Positions 1 through 10,764 of a DNA stretch of 52,196 nucleotides are shown here, piece by piece. A program made the position numbers and the translations under genes. The DNA is from Thraustochytrium aureum. Lineage: Eukaryota. The stretch lies in the NCBI GenBank assembly GCA_012862495.1, contig BLSG01000403.1:40526-92721 (forward strand), in the 5' to 3' direction. The notes under the pieces are model-generated. The model made no database searches and was not told the origin of the DNA. It saw only the letters and a program-made list of their open reading frames with translations. The stretch's first letter is position 1; each line of letters starts with the position of its first letter.

Positions 1-1141
1 CCCGCCTCGTCGCCTGGGAACGCAGTCAAAAACGCGTGCTTGCAATCCTGCATGATCGCGCGCGTCACGACCTGGATCTCACTCACGTCGGCAAAGGCGA
101 GTCGCGCTCGCTCGACGGCCTGAAAGACGCTGCTCTTCGCCTCGATGAGATCAGCAACGCGCGGCTCAAACTCTGCCCCAGCTCCTTTCCGCGTGAGGCA
201 CCTTGCGAGGAGCCCGGTTCCAACCCGCTGCACGGTCTCTACTGTGGGATGGTTAAGCAGCGCCTTAGTCACCTGATCAACCGCGCCCGCGCGGAACAGC
301 GCGTTGGCGCCGCCGTCGAGGCCCCCCGTAAGGTTGAAGAGCGCGACCATGGCCCACTGCTGGATGCGGACGATCGAAGTGTGCACGTCCATCACACGGA
401 CGATGAGATCGACCAGAGCCCCCTCCGCTGGCGCCGCTCCTGTCGGCACTAGACTGGCGTTGTCCTGGCAACTGAACAATGTTACCCAAAACACAAGACC
501 GTGCCGGCAGACCGCCTCTCGCAGGATGTGAATCTCGACCCAGGCTCCCGAAACCTCAAGCGCAGAGTCCGCAAGCAAAGCAGCCGCAACGTCGTCGAGT
601 TGGGACAAGTGGGACAAGACGGCGAGAGCGCGTGCAACAATCTCGGGGTCCTCCTCAAAGGCCAGCGCGGCCTCTACAGCGCAGTCAACGGCTCCAGCGT
701 CGACAAGGCCCTGCTTTGCAGTAGGCAGGCTGTTGCGCGAGAGTGAGTACAGTACCTCCAGGCCTTCAAACTGCGCCTGGCGCAGCCTGGGGTGCTTTGC
801 CATGAGCTCGGTGGCTTGCAGCGCGCCGTCAGAAGGCTCCACCATCGGCGAGTTGAGCCACACAGCCGAGTAGATGGCAAGGGGCACAAGCACGACGAGC
901 CCCCACTTGAACCCCGCAAGTGCGATCACGGCTGCGGCAAAGCCTGCGACGGCCACGAGCAGGACGTTGACCGCCCCGCTTGGCGAGAGTTTGGTTTGGC
1001 CCGGGCCAGTTTGCGGCAGGAAGAGCCTCCTCCAGGCCAGCGCCGCGACGCCCCGCTCGCCCCAGCGGTTGCGGTCTGCCTCAAGCTCGCGTTTGACCGC
1101 AGCGCGCCGCTCGGCCAGGGAGGGCGTGCCTCGGCCGCCAT
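1..1141 (-). CDS. Armadillo-like repeat protein with N-terminal hydrophobic segment; 3'-partial
   Basis: Minus-strand frame is open from about 1120 to the window edge, so it is missing from the ORF track. It reads ...AERRAAVKRELEADR...VLLVAVAGFAAAVIALAGFKWGLVVLVPLAIY...KQGLVDAGAVDCAVEAALAF...IQQWAMVALFNL...LFRAGAVDQVTKALLNH. ATG 1141 (MAAEA) joins only through a 1-nt frameshift near 1125. Confidence 0.65.
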
Positions 1142-1232
1142 CGCGCAAGGTTGGAGCTCGTTGACTGCGGGACGAGCCTCGGGGAGCGCGCCCAGCCGCG
1201 GCGGCCCGTTGCCGCGCCTCGCGCTGCCTTGA

Positions 1233-1277
1233 GCGATCCACGCGCGGCGATCCACGCGCGGCGATCCACGCGCGGCG
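1233..1277. repeat. 14-bp tandem repeat (GCGATCCACGCGCG) x3
   Basis: Visible directly; a (GAGC)n tract follows at about 1415-1445 in the same divergent intergenic region. Confidence 0.85.
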
Positions 1278-1510
1278 AGCCAGGAGCCAGCGAGCCAGCC
1301 TCGGGCGAGCGGGCCTCGGGGCTAATCCTGCACTGTGACTCGAACGGCTCGAGAACAAGAGGCTGCTCGTCCGCGCAGCCCCAGCAAATGCCACGCCGGA
1401 CCAGTGCCGCACTCGAGCGAGCGAGCGAGCGAGCGAGCGAGCGAGTGTAGAGCGCTTATCCAGCCAAGGCCTGGCGCGCGACCGCTGTGCGTTTGACTCG
1501 GGACGAAAGG

Positions 1511-2437
1511 ATGACGGGGTGGGCTCGCGCCTTGCGCTCGGCTGGCACTCGACGAGCCTGGGGCCTCGCCGCAGCCTCGACTGCGGCAGTCGTGGGCGGG
1601 CTCGCGCTTTCCGGGGGGCGCACCGATCCCCAGCGATGCGAAAAGGCAGAGCCCGAGGGCGGCCTCGCTAAGGCACTCTCGCCCCAAGAGTTTCGTGCGT
1701 TCAAGCTCAAGTCCACCGAAAAGGTATCCCACAACACAAAACTGTACCGCTTCGAGCTCCCCTCCAGCGAGCACGAGGCCGGGCTGACAGTGGCCAGCTG
1801 TCTGGTGGCGCGCGCAGCGGTGGAAGGGAAGAATGTGGTGCGTCCCTACACTCCAGTGTCGCTCAACCATCAGCGCGGGTACCTCGACTTGCTCATCAAG
1901 ACCTACCCGGCTCCGGGTGGGCTCATGTCGCGCCACATCGACTCGCTCAAGCCCGGCGACTCGCTGGAGATGAAAGGACCTTTCAGCAAGGTGGCCTACA
2001 AGCCCAACATGGTCAAGAAGATTGGGATGGTGGCGGGTGGCACCGGGATCACGCCGATGCTGCAGGTGATCCGCGAGGTGTTGAGCAACCCCCAGGACGA
2101 AACGGAAATAAGCCTCGTGTTTGCAAACGTGACCGAGGAAGACATTCTGCTGCGCGACGAGCTGGATGCGCTCCAGTACCTCTACCCCTCCTTCAAGGTT
2201 TACTACACGCTGGACAAGCCGCCGTCCAACTGGAAGATGGGGAAAGGGTTTGTCTCGGAGGAAATGATCCGCGAGCACCTGCCAGCCGCCGACGAGAACT
2301 GCTTGCTGCTCATCTGCGGGCCGAAGGGCCTTGTTTCGCACGTTGCTGGTGAGAAGGGCCCCAAGAACTCGCAAGGCGAGGTCGGTGGGCTCTTGGCCGG
2401 GCTCGAATACAAGTCTGAGCAGGTCTACAAGTTTTAA
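1511..2437 (+). CDS. NADH-cytochrome b5 reductase (MCR1-like, probably mitochondrial)
   Basis: RPYTP FAD motif, GLMS, GPF, GMVAGGTGITPMLQ, ICGP, terminal VYKF. The N-terminus is Arg/Ala-rich followed by a hydrophobic stretch. ATG at 1511. Confidence 0.95.
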   Translation: MTGWARALRSAGTRRAWGLAAASTAAVVGGLALSGGRTDPQRCEKAEPEGGLAKALSPQEFRAFKLKSTEKVSHNTKLYRFELPSSEHEAGLTVASCLVARAAVEGKNVVRPYTPVSLNHQRGYLDLLIKTYPAPGGLMSRHIDSLKPGDSLEMKGPFSKVAYKPNMVKKIGMVAGGTGITPMLQVIREVLSNPQDETEISLVFANVTEEDILLRDELDALQYLYPSFKVYYTLDKPPSNWKMGKGFVSEEMIREHLPAADENCLLLICGPKGLVSHVAGEKGPKNSQGEVGGLLAGLEYKSEQVYKF

Positions 2438-2663
2438 AAAGGCCTTCGCAACAAGCCTCCGACCTGTCCCCACTCCCCATCCCCGCGCCCCCACCCTCCA
2501 GCCCCAACAAACCACGAAGCGACAGTCATCAATAATGCTTCACTCCTCCTCCTCCTCCTTCTTGATTCTGTCCCACTCGCGGCTCTCGCGCGGGTTAGCC
2601 TGGGGCACACGCTTTGCCTTCAGCCCTGCTTCGCGGCCAACCGACTCGCGGGCATCTGCCCCC

Positions 2664-2768
2664 GGCTCCCTGATGGGCCAATGGGGCTCCCTGATGGGCC
2701 AATGGGGCTCCCTGATGGGCCAATGGGGCTCCCTGATGGGCAAGTGGGGCTCCCTGATGGGCAAATGG
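2664..2768. repeat. 21-bp minisatellite (GGGGCTCCCTGATGGGCCAAT) about x5
   Basis: Near-perfect tandem copies between two convergent genes. Confidence 0.95.
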
Positions 2769-2799
2769 CGTAGGGACGCCCGCGTCAGCTTGAGCTTGC

Positions 2800-4121
2800 C
2801 TAGAGGACGTGCGAGCGCCCCGACTCGCGGTCGTCCTGGTTGACCGTGATGACATACTGGCCCCACGAAAAGAGCAGCGCGCCGCAAAAGTTACCAACCA
2901 AGCATGGCAGCAAGTTGACCAGCAGAGCTTGGGAGATCGTTATGTCCGCGCCAGAAAACATCGCCGCCGGCAAGAAAAACATGTTGGCCACNNNNNNNNN
3001 NNNNNNNNNNNNNNNNNNNNNNNNNNNNNNNNNNNNNNNNNNNNNNNNNNNNNNNNNNNNNNNNNNNNNNNNNNNNNNNNNNNNNNNNNNNNNNNNNNNN
3101 NNNNNNNNNNNNNNNNNNNNNNNNNNNNNNNNNNNNNNNNNNNNNNNNNNNNNNNNNNNNNNNNNNNNNNNNNNNNNNNNNNNNNNNNNNNNNNNNNNNN
3201 NNNNNNNNNNNNNNNNNNNNNNNNNNNNNNNNNNNNNNNNNNNNNNNNNNNNNNNNNNNNNNATCGCCGCCGGCAAGAAAAACATGTTGGCCACAGAATG
3301 CTCCAGGCCGAGAAGCACAAACGTTGTGATCGGAAGCCAAAGCAGGATCTGCTTGGAAGCCAGGTTTGTCTCGGCCGAAGACTGAAATACAGCGAGGTTC
3401 ACGAGCCAGTTCGCGCCGATTGCTTTGCCGCAAACGACAAGCGCGCCGGCGCCAACCTTGCGGTGGGCTATGGCGCCCACCTCGTCAGGGCCAAAGATCT
3501 GGAACGAGACAAAAGCCCAGCTGAGCAAGAGGCACGCCGCAGCGTTGCCCACGAGCGAGAGCGTCAGCAGTCGCACGAGGCTGACGAGCTTTTGCTGCGA
3601 GGTGCGGCGCCGATCGCCGGTAACAAACGGAAGCAGACTTAGCATCATGTTGCTCGTCAGGAGGTCGGAGCCGGTGGATAGCACAAAGCTGAGCCCAACA
3701 GGGAAGAGCATGGCGCTGAAAACAGGGCTCGGAAACAGCGAGAGGGAGCGTGTGTACATGGCGGCGCCAAATGCGATGTAGGCGCCGCCAAAAAACGGCG
3801 AAACGAGGATGCGTTTCGGCGGCGGTCGCCGTGATAGAGACCTTTGTGGACCAAAAGCCGTAGCGTCTCGGTTTGTACGGTTTCGGGGCGAGCTTTGGGG
3901 TTGCTATACAGCGGGCTCGCGCGCTGGACACCGCTGGCGAATGAGCCCAGGCCAGCTCGCCCCCCAAGCAGGTTTTGGTGCTCTTCGAGCGTCAGGCTCA
4001 GTTCAGCCTCTCCAGATTCGCGGAACAGCGCGGGCCCGTCCATGCCGGACGGGTAGGGGTCCAGCTTTTCTGCGACAAGGGGCTCCTCTATGCCTCCAGA
4101 GTCAGCCTGGGGTTGCAGCAT
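2800..4121 (-). CDS. Formate/nitrite transporter (FNT) family channel
   Basis: GGAYIAFG, GSDLLTSN, GANWLVNLAV, GLEHSVANMF, GNFCGA motifs. The N-terminus (ATG 4121, ...ETLRLLVHKG) is in another frame and joins by a 1-nt shift near 3825. The internal gap is flanked by an identical 32-mer, indicating an artefact. Confidence 0.9.
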
Positions 4122-5080
4122 TGCACCCGGCTCGCCGCCTGGCGGAAGGAACTGGGACTCGGTTCGCTCCAGTTTGCTTGCCCACGGCGCCCTTTTCCGC
4201 ACTCTCGCCGGCAGCGCGGCGCGTTTCGTTGTTGCCGCGCCGCTCGAGCTCGGCACACTCCCTCCGGACCGTCGCTGCTCTTCCGGCCTGCCTGCGCGCG
4301 TCCGAGCCCAGTCGAACCTCTTCGAGGCGAACAACCGATCACGAATGTCACATACAGTCTTGATGACCTTGATAATTCAAGATAGGTACTCAATAGTTGA
4401 GTACTGTGCTCCGTAGAGTCATGGCTCGCCAGCCAGGCAGCTTGCCAGCCAGCCAGGCAGCTTGCCCATTGACAACCGCCCGCGCATACCCGTGCCACTG
4501 CCCGCTCACGTCAACTGCTAGCGACCAGGGTTGCATNNNNNNNNNNNNNNNNNNNNNNNNNNNNNNNNNNNNNNNNNNNNNNNNNNNNNNNNNNNNNNNN
4601 NNNNNNNNNNNNNNNNNNNNNNNNNNNNNNNNNNNNNNNNNNNNNNNNNNNNNNNNNNNNNNNNNNNNNNNNNNNNNNNNNNNNNNNNNNNNNNNNNNNN
4701 NNNNNNNNNNNNNNNNNNNNNNNNNNNNNNNNNNNNNNNNNNNNNNNNNNNNNNNNNNNNNNNNNNNNNNNNNNNNNNNNNNNNNNNNNNNNNNNNNNNN
4801 NNNNNNNNNNNNNNNNNNNNNNNNNNNNNNNNNNNNNNNNNNNNNNNNNNNNNNNNNNNNNNNNNNNNNNNNNNNNNNNNNNNNNNNNNNNNNNNNNNNN
4901 NNNNNNNNNNNNNNNNNNNNNNNNNNNNNNNNNNNNNNNNNNNNNNNNNNNNNNNNNNNNNNNNNNNNNNNNNNNNNNNNNNNNNNNNNNNNNNNNNNNN
5001 NNNNNNNNNNNNNNNNNNNNNNNNNNNNNNNNNNNNNNNNNNNNNNNNNNNNNNNNNNNNNNNNNNNNNNNNNNNNNNNN

Positions 5081-5989
5081 AATGGCACCGTGGCGAGCTC
5101 AGGCAAGCGCGCCGAGATGCTGACAGACGCTAGTGTTAGGTCGCAGCTCGACCTCGACGCCTCAGCTGCCAGTGCTGGCGGCAGTGCCGGGTCTGACGAG
5201 GGCCTGCTCCCTGACCACCTCGCCGCCCTCGAAAAGCTGACCGCGGCGGCAAGGCGCGCCTCATCAGCACACAAAGGCCGTCGCGCACTCATCTCGATGC
5301 GCGATGTGCGCGTGGCCTTTGCCGGCGCTGGGGCGCTCGTTGAGGGCCTCGACTGGGATGTGATGGCAGGGGACCACTGGGTAGTGCGCGGCAAGAACGG
5401 GGCTGGCAAGTCGGTCCTGATCGGGCTCGTCACCGGAGAAAGCGCCCAGGTGCACAGCAACCGAGTCGAGCTGTTCGGGCTCGAGCGTTGCAAAATGAGT
5501 CTCGAGGAGCTGCGCGGCCGACTCGGGCTGGTCTCTGCCAAGCTTCATGGCCAGTTCCAGCTCAGCCACCAGTCTGGACTACGAACCATAATGACGGGTT
5601 TCCACGGCCAGGTTGGTGGACAGGCGCCACTGGTGACCCCGGAGCAAGAGCGTGTCGCGCGCTCGTGGGCCGCAGTGTTGGGTGCGGGCCACCTACTGGA
5701 CACGAGCTTCACAGCGCTGTCGCAGGGTCAGCAACGTCTTGTGCTCTGCGTGCGAGCCTTGGTGTCTGGGCCGCAGGAGCGGTCTTGGCTGCCAGAGCTG
5801 TTGCTTCTTGACGAGCCTTTCCACGGCCTCGACACGAGGCGGCGGCAGCGAGTGCTTGACGTCTTGGAGCGCTTGCGCGGCTGTACAACGCTTGTTCTTG
5901 TCAACCACCACGAGGACGAGGTGCCCAAATTTGTGGACTGGGTTTTGGAGCTCCCGCAGCTGGAGCAGCGCCGGCGAGCCCGAGCCTGA
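5081..5989 (+). CDS. ModF-like soluble ABC ATPase; 5' end in gap
   Basis: HWVVRGKNGAGKS Walker A, LSQGQQR signature, LLLLDEPFHGLD Walker B/D-loop, VNHH H-loop. No transmembrane segment in the visible part. Confidence 0.85.
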   Translation, partial: NGTVASSGKRAEMLTDASVRSQLDLDASAASAGGSAGSDEGLLPDHLAALEKLTAAARRASSAHKGRRALISMRDVRVAFAGAGALVEGLDWDVMAGDHWVVRGKNGAGKSVLIGLVTGESAQVHSNRVELFGLERCKMSLEELRGRLGLVSAKLHGQFQLSHQSGLRTIMTGFHGQVGGQAPLVTPEQERVARSWAAVLGAGHLLDTSFTALSQGQQRLVLCVRALVSGPQERSWLPELLLLDEPFHGLDTRRRQRVLDVLERLRGCTTLVLVNHHEDEVPKFVDWVLELPQLEQRRRARA

Positions 5990-7119
5990 GGGTCGCCCTG
6001 GTGACTCTCACTGGTGAATCTCACTGGTGTCGCTCTCGAGAGCGCTCGTAACGATCGAGGTGGATCGCGAGAGCGCTCGAAACGACCGATCGACGATCAA
6101 CGCATGCCATTCACATTCGAGGTCTGCTGCATGCTGCTGGGTCGGGCACGTTTGGGTCTTGGCGCTCCGGTTGTGAGGGTCGAGCAGGTGGCGTCACTTT
6201 GGCTGCGTCTTCAACGTTGCGCGTGGCGCCGTTTCCTGCTGATGTCATCGTGTGCGGGGGCGTGTGGGCGATCTTCTTCAGAAGACTTTTCCACCGGACG
6301 GGACGCGCGCTTGCGGCAGTCGGCAGGCCCGCCTCCCGGCCTGTCTCTGCGTCGCTTGGGCGTCGCTTGGGAGGGCGTATCTTCGGCGACCACGCATGGG
6401 GTCTTGTGCGAGGCTCCCAGCCCACGCGCCCGTGCGACTATTGCGGGACTCGGCGGAGCAACCCGGTGGCTTGTCCTGGTGTAGTGTCCAGGAAAGTTAT
6501 TCCTCACCGAGGGAGGAGAGGGAGGTCGTTCGCTGCGCAAGAAGGACCTTCGGCAACTTGAAGAAGCACCTTCGGCAAGAAGCACCTTCGGGCAAGGGCG
6601 CGAAGGGCGCCTTCGGGCAGGGAGGACCTCCTCCCTCCGGGCGGGAGACCAACGAGCAGACTGGCTCGCCTTCTTTCGCTCCCCGACTGGCACGTTGCGC
6701 CTCTGCCCTCCTTGCTGCCGCCGTCTCCGCGTTGGCCTACTTGCCTGCCTGCCGATCGTTTCGTAGGCCTACCTACTTCCCTTCTGCCAGAGGCTGTGTC
6801 GCCTTGACGGATTCAGCTGCGGCTTTGGTGTTTGTTTTGTTTGCCGCACTCGCGGAGAGTGCCTGCCACTCGAACGCAACCCTGGATCCGCCCGGCAGGC
6901 TGGCAACCTTGGTGTTTGTTTGCTGCAGGCGCCTTGTCTTTTCAGAACAGGTCGGAGCCCTGCGGTCGATGCAGCAGACCTCTAACGCGAGCAGCCCCAA
7001 GCAAACACAACAACAGGAGCAGCCGCCAAGCCGACCAAACACCTTCCTCCCACCGTCAAGCCCTCCAAAATGAGCGCTCCCGCAAGGCAACTTTCGCGCC
7101 ACCTGACCGGGGACGGTCG

Positions 7120-9023
7120 TCAGTCGCTGCGTAGCCATCTGTTCGGCCCGCGCAAGAATGGCCTGCCCAAGACGGCCCTGCGACCTGAACTCGCCCCGCC
7201 GCCGTTGCCGTCGGCGGCGCGGTGGTCCTTGGCGGTTGGTTTGCACAGCGCCACCTTTTCACCAGCCCGAATGTGCATGTCAACAAAGTCGACCGCAAGT
7301 CGACTATCCGCAACTCGGAGGCCAAGGCCAGCCGCTTCACGGAACACCGCGCCTCGATGCGCCAGCTGGCTCCGGCATACACCCCGAGCAAGATCGAGTA
7401 GGCTGATCGCTCCGACGTGTAGCCGCTGTAGCGCCCAGCTCCTCGCGCGGGAGTAGGTGGGGTACCATAAGAACAATTTCAACGAAACTTGGAGTTTGTC
7501 AGCTTGCTTCTCTGGCCCGCGCTGCGCACGGAGGACTCACGCAAGACGGCTCTCGCTGGTTGGACACAGCCTACTCTCCAAATGACAGTGCTCCAGAGCT
7601 CACCGGTGCAGCGGTTTCCGCTGCGTACTTCGTTGCCATCAGGTGAGCCAAGGCGCCGGTCGCCGGGAACGAGCTAGCCTCGCGCAAGCGACCGGGCCAA
7701 GCTTTCGAAGGTGTTAGCAAGTCGGGGCACTCCGGGAAAGGCGTCGCGCACCAGCTCGCAGGCAGCCGCTGCGGTTCGCCCCGTCCAGCGCACCGTCGGC
7801 GTCGCAGCCAGAGCGAAGAGCAGAGCGACAGCGGTCTCGCTCCCAGCCCCTGGTGCCTTGCAACAGAGTCGCAAGATGTCCTCCACCTCGTCCGGCTCTG
7901 TGTAGAGGTCTGCTTCCCCCGCTCTGCAGATGCAAAGAATCTTGCGCATCTTCTCCTCCGCTTCGACCGGGGCCAGCGCAGATGCAGCTGCACAGTCGTC
8001 GCCAATGTCGCTGTGGGTGTATTTGGCCACGACGGCGGCGTCTTCGACGCGATAGTTGTCGATGAACGTCACTTCGACGGGGTCAAGCTGACTCTGGGCG
8101 CTGCGTTTCTTTGGCGTGCCTGGTCGGCAACGAACAAACTCGCGGTCAGAGACGCTTGCATCGTCGTCCGAGCAAAACACGTCCCTTCGGGTGAATCCCA
8201 CCCCAAGCTCGTGGTGGTCAGTTGCCTTGCTTTTGGAGCAGGGAGCGAGGCAGCCAGATCGCAAGCAGCAAATGGACACTTACTCTTCCGGTGCCATCGG
8301 CGAGTGGCAGACTGCCGCGGGCTCGTCATCCGCTTCTGGGTCAAAGAGGAACGCAACATCACCGCTGTGGCCGAGTCCCGCCGTGCCGCGGCGAAGCGGC
8401 ATCGGCGGCGGCGGCGGCTCGGCCGCACGCCCAGCTCGCTCAACTGTGCAGAGGGGAGCTTGTGGTTCCGTGTCCGAGTCAGCGCTGCCACAGCCCCGAG
8501 CAGTAGTGAGCCAGGCTGGAGCGGTCCCGAGACGGTTTGAGCCCGCGGTGCTGCTGCAGTCCAGGCGAGTCGGAAACTGCCTCGCGTCGTGCTGGTTGGT
8601 CGAGCGGCTTTGTGTAAAGGTAGGAGCTGCGAGTTCGACGAAGCGCTTTTGACCCAAGCTGTGTTGCGTNNNNNNNNNNNNNNNNNNNNNNNNNNNNNNN
8701 NNNNNNNNNNNNNNNNNNNNNNNNNNNNNNNNNNNNNNNNNNNNNNNNNNNNNNNNNNNNNNNNNNNNNNNNNNNNNNNNNNNNNCGTTGGCATCCACTA
8801 TATTGGATGTGTTGAGCGGGCGCCCCTGCTCCGCGACGGCGGTGAGCAGCTCGCCATCCCGGGCTTTTTGTGCGGCCGAGTATGCGTACTTGTCCATCCA
8901 TCTCGGCCGCCTGGCCCCGCCTTTGAGTGGCAGGCGTCTTGTTGGTCCGCCGCGACCTGCGCTGCGCTTGCCCGACCGCTGCACGCGCTTCTGCAGCCTG
9001 CTCGCGCCGCTGCTCGTCCACAT
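7120..9023 (-). CDS. Hypothetical multi-exon protein; boundaries uncertain
   Basis: ORFs 8280-9098 and 7674-8279 join in frame through intron 8185-8283 (GTAAGT..CTGAC..AAG; APEE|DVFC). A second intron-like GTGAGT..CTGAC..AAG lies near 7490-7540. No family recognised. Confidence 0.4.
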
Positions 9024-9124
9024 CCCCCCCTCGTGTGCTCGTGCTTGGCTTTCGCCTGGCGCCGCACAGTGCCGGCTGCTTGATCGGTTGACTTCCAAAT
9101 TTCCAATGGAGACCTACTTACCTC

Positions 9125-9372
9125 TGCCTGATGGCGATCTGCCTGCCTGCCTGCCTGATTGCCTGATGGCCGTCTGCCTGATGGCCTGATGGCGGTCTGC
9201 CTGATAGCGATCCGCCTGATGGCCTGATGGCGGTCTGCCTGCCTGATAGCGATCCGCCTGATAGCGATCTGCCTGATGGCCTGATGGCGGTCTGCCTGAT
9301 AGCGATCTGCCTGATGGCCTGATAGCGATCTGCTTGATGGCCTGCCTGCCTGCCTGATGGCCTGCCTGCTTG
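9125..9372. repeat. Degenerate minisatellite of GCCTGAT(G/A)GC(GATCT/GGTCT) units
   Basis: About 250 bp of interleaved short variants in a divergent intergenic region. Confidence 0.9.
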
Positions 9373-9597
9373 CTGGTGCTTTTTTCGCTCTCGATGTGGT
9401 TCTGCAGGGGTTCTGCATGCGAGTTGGTAGGTAGGTGATGGAACTTCCTGCAGCTCCCTGTTCGTTTTGTTCGGTTCGTGTGGGCGATCCGAGTGGCTGT
9501 GTCGTGCCAGTCCGCCTTCCCACCGCAGGTCCCTGCTGCTGCTCGCGCCGGCCGCGCGACGTGGGGCTCGGGACGAGGTTGGCGAGGCGCGGGCGAA

Positions 9598-10389
9598 ATG
9601 GCGGAAGGGATCGCGTGCTTGAAGGAAGGCCGCCCGCTGCAGGTCGCAGAGGGCGTTTGGGTGCTGCAAACTGCCTTCAGCATGTTCGGAGTCCTGCCCA
9701 TCAAGAACAACGCGCTACTGGTGCGGCAGGAGGGCGGCGCGGGCGGCGAAGCCATCATGGTCGCCATAAACCTGCCCGAGCTCAGCCCGAGCGAGTTTGC
9801 GGAGATCGAACGGCTCTGTGCGTTCGAAAAAGCGCCACTCAAGGTCCTCTTCTCCCCTGGAGACTGGCACCACCTGCACATCCCCGCGTGGCAGGCCAGG
9901 TTTCCAGAGGCGCAGACCTTTATTGTGAGCAAGCGCGTACTTGCTGTCAACAAGACCGTGCGCAAGTCAAACCCTGTCCTCCTTGACCGCGCCAACCCAA
10001 GCATCCCGTTGCTGAATCCGGACGTGTTCGAGCTCCTGCCCATTTTGGGATGCAAGTACTCGGCGTCGCTTTGTAGCAGGGAGACCAAGACGCGCACGGA
10101 GGTGCTCGTCTTTCACCGGCCGACGGGCACGCTGTTCATCACCGACCACCTTCTCGCAAGCAATCTCACGCACTTTCTGGGCGGCTTCAAGCACGCCTTT
10201 CATCCCAACACGCTAGGATTCCAAATCGGCGACCGCGCGGCAGCCCGTGACTCTGTGGCGCGAGTGCTCGCTCTCCCAGGACTCCGGCGCGTCGTATTTT
10301 CGCATCTGGACGCGTCGGTTGGCGCTGTCTACGAGAAGGACGATTTGCTTGAAAAGCTCGCTGCAGCGTACCGGCAGCACTTCATGTGA
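9598..10389 (+). CDS. DUF4336-like metallo-beta-lactamase-fold protein
   Basis: SPGDWHHLHIPAWQARFPEA, EVLVFHRPTGTLFITD and VVFSH match the DUF4336 pattern. ATG at 9598. Confidence 0.75.
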   Translation: MAEGIACLKEGRPLQVAEGVWVLQTAFSMFGVLPIKNNALLVRQEGGAGGEAIMVAINLPELSPSEFAEIERLCAFEKAPLKVLFSPGDWHHLHIPAWQARFPEAQTFIVSKRVLAVNKTVRKSNPVLLDRANPSIPLLNPDVFELLPILGCKYSASLCSRETKTRTEVLVFHRPTGTLFITDHLLASNLTHFLGGFKHAFHPNTLGFQIGDRAAARDSVARVLALPGLRRVVFSHLDASVGAVYEKDDLLEKLAAAYRQHFM

Positions 10390-10451
10390 ATGAAATGAAA
10401 TTGCAATTCGCTTGCACCCCGCTCATCAACCCTGGTGGGCTTGCCAAGTGC

Positions 10452-10543
10452 GTGCTTGCTTGCCCGAGCGAACACGAGCAGAGTGTGCTTGCTTGCCCGA
10501 GCGAACACGAGCAGAGTGTGCTTGCTTGCCCGAGCGAACACGA
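10452..10543. repeat. 33-bp tandem repeat (GTGCTTGCTTGCCCGAGCGAACACGAGCAGAGT) about x2.8
   Basis: Visible directly. Confidence 0.9.
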
Positions 10544-10764
10544 CTCGTTACACGAGCAGAGTGGAAGAACAGAGAGTTGCTCATCTTGTGTGGTTCACAC
10601 AAACTCCAGCAAGCAGTCTACTTGTAAAGCAAAGGCACAACACAACACCAGCACCAGCGCCGCCGCCGCCACCGCAGCCGCCAGGTCTCTCTCTCTCTCG
10701 AGCACAAAGAGGAGGAGGAGGAGGAGGAGGGCGCGAGCCGAGCACGCAGACTCCGCAGCAAACA

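Noticed and set aside
1322..2515. Long antisense or alternative-frame ORFs (also 27766-29226, 36938-37897, 38818-39996, 42093-43109, 50315-51895)
   Set aside because: These are shadows of real genes on the opposite strand, expected in GC-rich DNA, and carry no motifs of their own.
2664..2768. Regular repeats (also 10452-10543 and 25978-26114) as possible CRISPR arrays
   Set aside because: Units are contiguous with no unique spacers, no cas genes are present, and the context is eukaryotic.
6014..7120. Several overlapping ORFs and a short GAAGCACCTTCGG repeat near 6540-6620
   Set aside because: No frame gives a recognisable protein; this may be the 3' part of the upstream minus-strand gene, but I cannot support a model.
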